Assembly: GCA_051294375.1 (NCBI GenBank)
Contig: CM119269.1
Coordinates: 2,331,601-2,395,600 of the forward strand
Direction: 5' to 3'
Length of the DNA: 64,000 nucleotides
DNA from: Paraspadella gotoi
Lineage: Eukaryota; Animalia; Chaetognatha
Positions 1 to 12,279 of this stretch are shown one piece after another. A program made the position numbers and the translations under genes. The notes beneath the pieces are model-generated. The model searched no databases, was not told where the DNA came from, and saw only the letters and a program-made list of their open reading frames with translations. Numbering within the stretch: position 1 is the stretch's first letter; each line of letters begins with the position of its first letter.

Positions 1-5
1 GTTCG

Positions 6-42
<37 letters not shown>

Positions 43-1187
43 ACCCCATTGCGAACGCTCAGAATATTATGATTGATCTCCACGACTTCTCAGCTCGAGA
101 GAGCGAGAGAGAGCGAGAGAGAGAGAGAGCGTCGCAACGTGGCGAGGTCAATCGCCTGACCCATCGAGGCTGCGGTCAGCTAAAAAGCCCCTCTACGACG
201 CCCTTTTTCCCCTCTTCCTCTTCCTCTTCCTCCTACTCCTTCTTTCCATGTCGCGGGGTCGGCGGCCAAACCCTCCGGGCCACGCACTTCCTTCGTGTCT
301 CGTGAAAACGAATATTGATGCCATCGGTGATTCCTTCACTTTCACTCCTTCACTTTCCTCATTCTCAGAGTTTAAAGGTTGTTTTTCGAAGTGAATATCG
401 ATTTGCCATNNNNNNNNNNNNNNNNNNNNNNNNNNNNNNNNNNNNNNNNNNNNNNNNNNNNNNNNNNNNNNNNNNNNNNNNNNNNNNNNNNNNNNNNNNN
501 NNNNNNNNNNNNNNNNNNNNNNNNNNNNNNNNNNNNNNNNNNNNNNNNNNNNNNNNNNNNNNNNNNNNNNNNNNNNNNNNNNNNNNNNNNNNNNNNNNNN
601 NNNNNNNNNNNNNNNNNNNNNNNNNNNNNNNNNNNNNNNNNNNNNNNNNNNNCGAAAAGAAAAGAAAAGAAAAGAAAAGAAAAGAAGCGAAGCCAAAAAA
701 ACTAAAGAGGAAGAAGAAAATCGTGTAAGCTTAGTCGTTATTAAAAAAAAAGTCAGACGCATTAAAAAAATAGAGATGTGGGGAGTTGGGTGAAAAGCCG
801 CGGGTGCGGGGGGGGGGGTTTGATATGAGAAGAGCAAGAATGGAGCAAAGAAGTTTGGAGATTGTGGAATGGGTGTTTTGAATAATCCATCAAGGCACCG
901 GCGTGATAAGCGACAACTGGTCATGTGTGTGTGGTCTCTCTCTCTCCCCCCGGCCCCCCCCCCTTACAATCTCTTTCTTGCTTTCCTTTCTTCCTCTTCC
1001 TTATCTTTTTCCCTTTTCTCATCTATCTTCTGCTTTTTATTTTCTTACTTATTGACTTTTCCTTTTTTTTCTCTTTCTCCTCTTGCTCTTTCTTTTCATT
1101 CCTTCTCTCTCTTCCCCATTCGGGTGCCAAGAAAAAAAAAACGTATTTGCAAACAGAGTGAAGAAAGTCTGCCGGAGTCTCAGACTC

Positions 1188-1218
<31 letters not shown>

Positions 1219-1319
1219 GAGAAAGAAACATAAAATGAGCAAAAAATAGAAAAAGAAGTTAAATTTGTTGCAAGGTTGAATGTGAAACTTTCAANNNNNN
1301 NNNNNNNNNNNNNNNNNNN

Positions 1320-1740
1320 GCGGAGGGCCATTGGTTGATGCAATGAAGCCCGGTTAGCGTTAGGGAGTTGAGGCACCCGGAATGTTACGGGAGTTGGCCT
1401 GGTTAGGTAGGAGAGCATGGAGTTGAACGGGAGGCTTAGTTTTAGGGTTAGGGTTGGGAGGGGCCGTAGGTTGATGCATCCGAAGGCGTTTAGGGTTAGG
1501 GTGGAGCACGGAGATGTACGGGAGCGCTGAGCTGGGTTAGGGTTAGGGGAGAGGCACAGAGGTTGAACGGAAAGGCTTGGTTTAGGTTAGGTTGGGGGAG
1601 GGGCCCGTGGTTGTGCAATCAAAGGCGGGTTAGGTTGGTTTTTGAGGCATGGAGAGTACCAGGAGGGCCCGGTTAGGGTAGGGGAGAGGCACAGAGTTGA
1701 ACGGAGGTTGGTTTTTAGTTAGTTGGAGAGGAGCCGTGTT
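1320..1740 (+). repeat. Degenerate higher-order tandem repeat (~135-140-bp unit) containing TTAGGG telomere-like doublets
   Basis: GTTGAACGG recurs at about 1422, 1562 and 1696; each unit has three ~45-bp subunits carrying GGTTAGGGTTAGGG variants. Confidence 0.7.
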
Positions 1741-3299
1741 AGCTGCCGCTTTCATTATATTCGCTACTTTTATCACTGGCAGGTCGCGTGGGGGACTGGC
1801 GACATCGCCAAAGCCCTGGGCGATATCGCCCATTGCGAAGGTCGCCAACCAAACTGAACCGGGAGGAAAATTGGAAAATCGGCATTCTTCAATATAGTTT
1901 TACATTTTGACCAAAAACTTATGATTTTAGAATTTTTTAAAAAGATTATATTCTTTCTATATTAACTTTTGCAGGAATCCAAATCTGATTTTAAATTTTA
2001 AAAAATTTGCATTTGTAATGTTTAGCATATTTATTACTTATTACTATATAGTCCACTGCTGCCCACAATGTATAAAATTAAAAAAATTAAATTTACCATA
2101 GAAATTTTGATTATTTTATTTTCATGTTTATATATGCTAATTTTAATTTGAACAAATCTTTATCATTTCACATCACTCATCTACTACCCAGTTGCCCACT
2201 CTTGCCTTCTCTTCGCTCCCTCCCCCCCGCACCCCCTCACCCTCTCCACGGCTCTTAATCCTTCACCCTTTCCCTTTGGCGCCCAAGATGGAAGCGTCGA
2301 GACGATGAATGGTAGCGTGTGGCGGGGAGAGAGCGCCCGACCGCCGCCCGCCGGCCCCCGCGATGGACCCGCGCCTTTCCCCGGAAATGTTCGATGTCGA
2401 CGATTCCAGGTTCCCGCGATTTCAACGCAAACTTTTGCTGCTTGTGGAGAGATGAAATGAGAGAGAGAGAAGGGGAAAAGGGGAAAGAGAGTAAATGTGT
2501 TGTTGATTGTTGAAATCGTAGTCGGTCGTCGTCGTTCGTCGCCTCGTCGTCGTCGTGTAGTGTTTGCACAATTTCGTCGGTCTGCCGTCAACCAATCATC
2601 TTGTGTCGCGTTTCCCCATAGTAATATGAGACGGAAGCGAACGTTCTTATCGCCCTAGACTGCAGGGCCTACAGCCTTCAGCCCTACAGCCCTACAGCGC
2701 GAGAATCCACAATTTTCAAATTCACAAAATTAACAAAACCAACATTTTTTTTGGGGCCTTAAACGTGATTAAGCAATTAAAGCCATATATATAATTTTTA
2801 TCTTAGTTGCATCAATTACATAAGCATTCGAGTCTATACGTCTTCTCATCATAATGTTGTTCCGCCGTTCTTTGATTTTTGGTCTCAGGCTTCGCCATCG
2901 TTTTCGAATTCCGTCTGTCTCTCTATTTCATTGGTCTTTAAGTGTGTGTGTTGTGTGTGTTGTTGTAGTTTTCTACTTCGTTTCTATTTCTATTTTATTT
3001 TACTTTCCTCATCTGTTGTCGTTGTTGTGTTCTTGTTTTGCCAATGATGGAATTCGTTTGTAGAGGGCGGGGGTGGAATCGATGAAAGAGTCCAAAGAAA
3101 GGAGAGGAAGTCCAAATTGTCTCTTCGTCCGTCGTCTCGTCGTCTCATCATCTTCGTCGAGATCACACTCTCCACTAACGACGTTTCAAATGAACACTTT
3201 TTGTTAACACAACAAAGTTTATCATATAAACTCGCAAAACATAAAAATTTGTTGCTTTGGTTCGCCAACTTTCACTTCTACCTGGGTCAAAAGCCTACT

Positions 3300-6200
3300 G
3301 AGGAGTAGAGAGTTGGTCGATAGCGAATAGGCTGGCACTGTAAACGGTGTACACGAAATTGTACGAAAGAGTGAGACTTACTCGCTCCTAGGAGTACATG
3401 GCCTGGTGCCCACCAATAAAAGGAATCCCTTACCTAGACGACAACTTGACGTGCGCGGCTGCATGTATAAACACAATGGGACTGGAGGAAAATTCGCGTC
3501 GGACATTGCAAATGGTTTGCCCCTTCGAGTCGGTTTGTTGTGAAAAGAAGCGATTTGAGGTCGATACACATAATATTTTCTAAAGGTGTTGATGGGCGTA
3601 CATACAGCGTTCTGAAGTCGTCTGTAAGATAAGGGCGATTGCGTTCAAGCGTTTAAAAAAAGGATAAATCCAAAGCTGTCGGATATAAGGAGGAGACGGA
3701 TATTTGATTAGAGAAAGGTGAGGTAAAAGCGCGATTCTAAAAGTGAAGGAATATTTCTGGAGGTTTGTAGGATTTATATTAAAGAACACGGCGGGGGAGA
3801 GGAGACTCTTACTCGAGAGTGAAACTTTGAACAGCTGAAGTTAATTTGATTTTTGAATTGAAAAGAGGAGATAGAAGCTCGAATGATAAGACGAACAACA
3901 TACGAATGGAAAATTTAAAAAGGTTAATTAAAAACTAAAATTAAAAATAGTATACATTTGTGACCGCCAGTCCAGTGTAATAACCTAAAAATTTAGAATT
4001 AAATTTTTGTAGACTACATTGTGTTGCATGGTATAATGTTAAGGCGCCATATTATGAATTTCATGGAGTCAGGAAAAATGATATTTGCCTGTAGTCGCTG
4101 GCATTGCAAAGTTCCAACCCTGCTAACCTTAGTACCTAAGCATGACACCTTTTCAAAGATCCCAATGTACCCGGAAATGATCATTGAACTCAATTTCTTA
4201 GAAGTAAAACCATTACAGCTCAGTTTTTTTAAAGATATTTGATTGCAACACTTATTAGATTCGTCGGATACCTAAAGGAGTTCAATGCCCAACTTCTTGA
4301 TAAAAGGAAATATAACTCTTTTTGATAATTCCTTCATTTAAGTGGGGTCAAACGAAATTAGGAAACGGAGAGTACAAAGACTTCTAACTTCTAGCTATTT
4401 AAGGCTGGGGGGAGAAGTGATGAGGACAGCCATCTGTAAAGCTCCGCCTTGGTGCGGCGTGGTTTAAAATAAAATCCACTCAAGCCTTGTAGTAATATAG
4501 TTCCTTAAGCTCCCAGGAATCTACCAGTTTCCTTTTAGCTGCCTAGAAGCGTGACGGTACCCACTTAATGAAAGAATTTTATGAAGTTACAGGATAGTCA
4601 TCTTCAAGCCCGATTTTTCATATAGCAGCCCCATTATCCAAACAAATTTACTTGTTGTTGAGTCCTTATAACTAGTGATTTTCCGATGTTTCCGATCATA
4701 CTTAATCCATCCTTGACCTTTCTGACGAGGAATATCATATCTCCAGTGCCGGCAGCGGACAATCAAAATGAAAGAAAAGCGTGCCTGACAGATTGCTTCT
4801 CCTTGAAATCTCTCTCCTTCCGCACTGGATATTATGCCAAGTAGGATGCAGGGTGGGTTACAATCATTGAGTCTGGTGATAGTCAATGTTATAGAATCAG
4901 TGGCAATATGGCAAAAGGAGTTCACGCGCCGCCGTCCACATAAAAAGCCATGACACACCTTCTCATAGGTTACTGACCTCTGTGGTCCTTCATTTGTTAT
5001 AACTTCTAAGTAATAGTCCACATTCAGTCCTCAAAAATTTTCTTTTTATGTACCCATTCTCTATTTACTAAATCGATTTTCAATGCAAGGCTATTCCGTG
5101 GTGAATTTGTTTTCCATTGGTGTATGATTTGCCCCAACTCCTGAAGCTTTTTATTTAAATATTTATAATAATATGAAATGTACAACCAATATAAAAAGAT
5201 TTATCATCCTCTAATTCTACTACGGGAAAATAAGATCAGTGTTGAGATCTGACCCGTGCGCCCTGACAGTACATAGCCGCTTTTGGACACAAGGTGGCAT
5301 AGCTGTGGTCGCGTTGGTATAAACCCCCTCTCAACGACTTCACTTCTTACAGATTCGAAGGACTCCATGACATAGCAGGTCCTGCAAGCTAGGCCCGCTT
5401 CTCTTTCACATAGTCCATGACGACTATTCTCAGGGCGGCGTTCAATAGTATAAAATTCACTCTCCACAGTAGGTAATCGTTCCTGAGTCTTTCAGCCCAC
5501 TATAGCGCTTATCTCCCACAGCCTTTTAATTTTATCTCCATAATCAATTTTGATATAATCTGGAGAACATTGAGTATTTTTCATATAAAAAGAGATAACC
5601 AAATGTTCTCCGGAAATTGTCACTTGAAAAGAACGAGATCTTATCCTCGAAAAAAACAGAACCAACTCACCAACATATAATTAAAGTATAATTTGGAAAG
5701 ATACGTGGGTGCACTCCCCGCCCCATCCGGATAGAGCTGATACTAAAATAAATTTGTACAATAAAACAACGACGACCTAGGCATCAAAATACAAGGAGCT
5801 GAATTTTATGAAATTAGTTTACAACCATATAAAAAATTTTCCATTCACTTTAATAAATAAGCTATCGTTCTGTGCTCGCGCGTGTACTTTGGAACAGAAG
5901 CATTTGTGGGTTTCATAAGGCTCCCTCCTATTCCCTCTCCTACCAGTCATTACATGACTACATAGCTGGTCCCTACGTAAGCTTTTCAATCATGACTTAT
6001 CTCACAGTCTCGTTTCATTATTCACTCTCCCTCAGCTCATAGTCACTCCTGCCTCTTCTCTCTCTTTACCCTCAGATAGACATTGGAAAATATTATCAAA
6101 GAATGGTTTCAATTGTCTATGAAAAGACCACTCCCCCTAAAATGTTATTAGAGACCGTCGAGGGAATAACTTATTGTACTCCGCCACTTAGCATTAAAAT

Positions 6201-9200
6201 ACCCCAGGAAGATTGGACTGACGCTCAGAATAATTATTTATGATTTAATGAATATTCTCCGGTTAACGCAACTTCCCTCAGCTACGACGAGAATGACTAG
6301 AGAAAAATGATGAGCTGAGATCCGAAGGATTCCATTTAATGAGGAGAAGTAAAGCGATGAAGTCTTGCCGAGCAGTGTCTGACTCGCAACTCGTGGCCCA
6401 GCTTTGCGTGGAGTGTGTACAAGTCCGCCTCATCACTCTTACACTGACAATCGACGAGCTCTAATGGACGCATAGCAGGTGGTCCAGCACTCCCCAGTGC
6501 AATCTATAATACAGAGTCAAGCCACTTCTTCACCTCTCACCGTGCTACGCTCGCAATCACTCCAGCAGTACCTGCTCTTCTTCTTCTACTCTTATGACAA
6601 ATGGAAAATATTTCCACAATAGGGCTATCCATTGTTCACTATTTCCGTTATTCCTGACCAATAAGACCTACTCCTCCCTTAAAATCCTCTTTCGCATGTC
6701 GCGGTCCGGCGGCACCAAACCCTCCGGGAGTAGTATAATCGTATAACCAAAAGTATAAACAAATTGACAAAATTTTTTTTTTTTTTAATTTATTTTTTAA
6801 GATACGGATTCTTATAGAGTATAGAGCTTGAAAAAGTTTAAATGAAAGTTAGTCACGCACTTCCTATCGTGTCTCGTGAAAGTACTACGAAAATTATTTT
6901 TAAAATTTTTGATGAGACCCTACAGTGAAATGGTGTTATAAACCAACAAAAAATATCGTACTAAATAATTTACATCATACCATCATCGATCCATCATGGT
7001 CCCTTTTGCGAACATTTTTATCCTGCTTTTTTAAAAATTATTTCTCTATCAATCTAACAAGCAAATATAATGATAATTAAACAACAGGCTTATTAATAAC
7101 ATCGTTTTTTTATACGATACGTTAGAACTTTTTAATAAATACCGATATTGCGCCCATTTAACGATATGAATCAAAATACATCTCTCTTTATCTCAAAACT
7201 AAATTTTGAAGAAAATACAATTCACAAATAAACATCAATACTTTCTTTCTCTCATACCTCTCTCTCTCTTCTATTCTCTCTATCTTCTCTTTCTCTCTTC
7301 TTCAGTATATCTCATCATAACTAATCTTTCTTCTTCAATACGCTTTCCGTCTCTCTCTACCTCTCTCTCCCCTCTTCGCTCTCGCATTCTATCTATATTG
7401 ATACAATAATTTTTTTAAAAATATATTTTTATTTCATATTCTCTAACAGTCACTTTTCTCACCATTATTTTATTTGCTACCGTGAGACTACTTCTATGTC
7501 TTCTTTTCTCAACCTGTTCCCGGTGAGCCTATAAATATCAGCCCTACTTGCTCGAAAATTAAATTAACCATTAAAATTAACTTTCTCTCTCTCTCTTTTT
7601 TCTGTTCACATACTCTCTCATTTCTCTTCTCATCATGTTCACTGCATGGTATCGCTTGTTTCCCCATAATTTCCCGATCCTTCTCTTTCTTTAGTACTAT
7701 TTTTTCTCGGCTATGCAAATTGACGTTGGCTGTGTCGCACTACCGGCCTTGGAAGGGCGCTTAATATGGAGGCCTCGCCAAAAAAAGTGATGAGCGTTTA
7801 AAGAGAAATACAAATCGGAAATTAGATCACGAAAGACACAGAGAAAAGAAAGTAAATAAGTATTTACCAGCGCGCGCTTGCCAAACAGTCCCATAATGAA
7901 CAACCATCGTATCTAGAGAGGAGAAGCAATTTAATTCGAGACATCTCATTTAGTCGTTAGTAAGCTCAGTCGTTAATTAAAAAAATGATAGTGCTCAGAT
8001 TCCGCATGTGATTAAAACTAAAAAAATTGAGAGATTGTGGTAAAAGGATTAGTTTGCGCACACACGACAGTCTTGTCAGGATGCGTCATAAAACAAGGGC
8101 CGTGCTCGTGCGCTATCCTCCAAGTGTGTTGGTCGTGGCGTCGTCTTGGTCGTCGGCGGATGTCATCCGCGCACTTTCAGTGTCGGGTTGGCGATTATGA
8201 AGGCCAAGAGCTAGAAAATGAGTGAGCAAAAGGCAACCGTTTGGGGAGCATTGTTGGAATGGGGTTTTGAAAATCCAATCAACGGCACCGGCGTGCTGTC
8301 GATAAAGCTACGATCACAAGTTCTGTCGAACAGCCAATGTGATGGTTCGCTTGACAATTGCTGTTAGTTTGTCCTGCTTGCTCTCTTCTTTCTCTCCCCC
8401 CCGTTATCGTCGTCGACGTCGTCGTCCGTCCTGCGTCTGTCGCTCCGTCGTCCTGCTCGTCCTTCATCGAGATCCCCGGTCGTTCACCCTCCCGCTCCCC
8501 GCCCCCACCTGTCTTCACAATCTTTCTTTCTTGCTTTCATTCTTTACTTCCCCCCACTCCTCTCCTTATCTTTTTCCCTTTTGGTCTAAAGGGCCTATCC
8601 CTCATCTCTCCTGCCTCTCTTGTCATTTCCCCATCCCCACCTTCATCTTGAGTTGGGACGCTTTCGCTGGTAGACCCTTAGAATTCTCTATTTTTTTCCC
8701 GTCATGCGTTTCTCCTCCTTTTGCCTGCCGCTCTCGTCTCTTCGGATCGGCGTCTCTTGTTCTCTGTTCCGCTTCTCTCTCTCCCCCCATGCTCGCGGCA
8801 GAACGGCAGCCGCCTTTTCGAGCGGGATGCCACAGGAAACGACACACGCCAGCAGACAAACACCGTATTTGCAAACGAGAGTGTGAAGAAAGAGTCTGCC
8901 GGGAGGTCCTCCAGGAACTCAGAGAAGAGAGACTGTCGAGCCGCGCATATCCACGCGTCGATTGAAAGAGGAAGTGAGACCTTGAAGTGGAAAGACGCGA
9001 CCGGTTTGCTCAGCGCAGTTTTTGAGAGAGAGAGAGGAGAGAGAGAGAGGGTATCTCGCGGACAGAGAGAGACTAGAGAACGTTGAGTTAAGTAGAGAAG
9101 AGGGTCTAGAAGTGATGGGAGGAAGTATAAAGGAAAGGAGCATGGTAACGAGGAAGGAATGCGCAAATATAGAATAGAAAAAGAGAGTTAAATTTGTTGC

Positions 9201-9240
9201 AAGGTTGAAGTGTTTGAAACTTTGATATTGCGCCATTTTA
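3300..9240. other. Low-quality, insertion-inflated sequence (probable unpolished long-read gap fill)
   Basis: 6220-9240 reproduces 55-1293 in order with many interleaved insertions; about 4250-4780 reproduces the MITE interior at 41440-41685 in the same inflated way. Confidence 0.8.
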
Positions 9241-9940
9241 CGAGAGACTGAGAGGATGTATAAAGATTTGTAGATTCTGAGAGGAGAGGATGAGAGCAGA
9301 GAGAGTGATGGAGAGGAGAGACTGAGATGAGATCAAGACGAGAGGATGAGAGAGAGAGAGAGAGAAAAGGAAATTTTAAAAGTTTGATGTTGTTATCAGA
9401 TTTCTAACGCAGGGAAAAACAATGATAAGACTTACCATAAATGAAAAGACTTATCATAAATGAAAAGACTTATCATAAATGATGCTAGAACATTGAACGA
9501 AGATAAATAATTAATTAATTAATTAATTAATTAATTAATTAATTAATTAATTAATTAATTAAGAGCCGCAATTGGAAACTCGAAACCGTCTTTCGTTTGT
9601 CTCCGTCGTCTGAGAGAAAAGGAGAAAATCGAATCGTAAACAGGAAGTGTTGTGAGCAGAAGGAGGAAGGAAAGAAGGAAAGAAGGAAAGAAGGAAAGAA
9701 GGAAAGAAATTAAAAAGAAAAAAATGGGAAAAATTCATGAACCGTCGTTGACAACAAAGAATTTGATGTGGAAATTGAAAAACAAAACTTAGTGGGCGTG
9801 AATATGTAGTGATGAAGATCACGAGGGAGTTTCATTCTTTTTAGCGAGAAAGAGAAAAAGACGAGGGAGAGTGTGTGGGCGTGATGTGGGAGGCTAAAAA
9901 GGGAGATGGAAGAGTCGATTGAGGAGAGAAGAGAGGACAG

Positions 9941-10022
<82 letters not shown>

Positions 10023-10098
10023 GTTTGTGTGCGTGGGCGACCATTAAAATGCTAACGGGCGCTAACATGTTTGCACTTTGGTTTTTTCCATAGGCCTT

Positions 10099-10174
<76 letters not shown>

Positions 10175-10323
10175 CCCCTCATCATTCAAAATATTCGCCC
10201 CCTCAGTTTCTTTTTTAGAAAACGAAGGACGTTTATTCCATATTTTTAAATTCCAAACACTCTCTCTTCCTCTTCCTCCTCCTCTTCGTCCTCCCCAATT
10301 CCTCAACTGACAATTATCTCTCA

Positions 10324-11080
10324 TGTTTTTCTTTCACCCTCTTCTCTCTCTTCTCCCTCCGCTACCATCTTTCCACCCTCCTCCTCTCTCTCTCCCACCC
10401 TCTGTCTTCCCTCCGATCTCCCTCTCTCTCCTTCCCACATCCCTCCTCTCTCCTTCCCACATCCCCTCTCTCTCACTCCCATCTCCCTCTCTCTCTTCCC
10501 ACATTCCTCTGCTCTCCTCTCCATCTCCCTCTCTCTCCCTTCCTACCTCCCTTCTCTCTCTCTCCCACCCCCCTCCCTCTCTCTCCCTCCTTTCTCCACC
10601 CTCCCTCTCTCTTCCTCCCACCTCCTCTGGTCTCCCTCCCATCTTCCTCTCTCTCCTTCCCATTTCCTTCTAATCCCCTCTCTCTACCTCCAATCTCCCT
10701 CTTCTCCCTCCTCCATCTACCTCTCTCTTCCTCCCCCTCCCTCTGTCTCCCTCCCTCTTCTCCCTCCTGTCCTCCCTCCCATCTCCCTCTCTCTCCTTTC
10801 CGTCTCCTTCTAATCCCCTCTCTCTCTCTTCCCATCTCCCTCCCTCTCCCTACCATCTCCGTCTCTCTCCTCTTCCTCTCACTCTCCCTCCCTCTCCCTC
10901 CACCTCCTCTCTTCCCTCCTTTCTTCCTCTCCTCCTCCCACCTCTCTCTGTCCTCCCTCCATCTCCCCTCTCTTCCTTCCCATCTCCCTCTAAATCTTCC
11001 TCTCTCTCCTTCCCACCTTCCTTTCTATCTCCCTCTCTCTCCTTCCCATCTCCCTCCCATCTCCCCTCCACCCTACCCCC
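10324..11080. repeat. ~750-bp almost pure polypyrimidine/polypurine tract
   Basis: C/T-only low-complexity sequence; adjacent (GA)n at 9945-10020 and (CT)n at 10098-10175. Confidence 0.9.
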
Positions 11081-12114
11081 AAACACAGAGCTGCGTTGTT
11101 GGAGCGGGCGGAGCGACCTCGTAACTTTTTGGGACGATCAGCCTCCAGGGATGGAAAACACCAACAAAACGATTAGAGTCTCTTTGCCCAACCGTCAGGT
11201 ATTTTGGCAGCCGTCGTCGTCGTCGGCGTTTGTTGACGATTGTCGTCGTTGTCATTGGTCGTCATTGGTCGACGGTGATCGTCATTGGTCGTCGTCTTTT
11301 CTTTAGTTTCCTTTGGTTTCTTTTTCTGTTTGCTTTGATCTTTTTGTAGGCCTCGTCAACGTCTTTGAAAGTGATAGAGTAAACATTCTCATTTATATCG
11401 TCATCATTGTCATCATTATCATCGTCATCATTATCATCGTTATCATCGTCGTTTTCATCGTCGTCAATCAATGTCGCCACTTCTTTCGCCTCTCAACCTT
11501 TTTTTTCCCTAAACACAACACAGACGACTTTATGAATATTCAATTAGTCACAGAAGAGAAATAAAAAATTAAAAAAAACTATCAGCGCGCCTCGAACGGG
11601 CGCCGGCCGACGCAGCTCGACGTCGCTCGGCGCCGCCTGGCGCCAAGCTTCGTTTGACCGATCGGCCCGAGTAATTTGCTCGTCGCTAACAAGCGAGAAA
11701 TTAGTGAAAAACGAATTATATAATTATATAATCGATATAATTAAATAATTATATTATCGACGGTGTCGCTCGTTTTTTCTGCTTAGCTGAAACTCGTGGT
11801 TGAAAAATTTTTAAGTTTTTTTTTTAGATCACTTTGTGGACATGGTTCTGTTAAGTCATTTCAGTAAAATGATACAAAATTCTGAAAAAAATAGCACTTT
11901 TTTACCTTTTTTAAATTCGTTCTTTATTTCAAAGGTCACGGAGTCTTCCGCGAAATTTTGTTATGCCATGTTAAAGCCTTAAATTAATTTAAAAATAAAA
12001 ACCCTACGCCATCTTCTCTTAACTTTTTCCTTTGCCTTTCGATCCCCACGACTCATTTCTTTCTCCCCTTCACCTCTCCACCATCTCGCTCCGCTCCCCC
12101 AACCTCGCCTTCAG

Positions 12115-12279
12115 ACCACACTGATATCCGTGGCGGAGTCCGCCCGCGTCGCCGACGTCCTCCACTCCATCTGCTTCAAGCGCCACATCAACGCCGCCTC
12201 ACATTTCCTCGCCTTCGCCCGCGGAGGAGGAGGAGGAGGTGCCGTCGTGCCGAAGCGGAGCGCCCTCGTCTCTGCTCAG
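12115..12279 (+). CDS. Tiam1/SIF-like exon: Ras-binding (RBD) domain
   Basis: cttcag| 165 bp |gtagtt, phase 0/0; VADVLHSICFKRHINAASHFLAF resembles Tiam1 RBD ARDTLELICKTHQLDHSAHYLRL. Confidence 0.85.
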
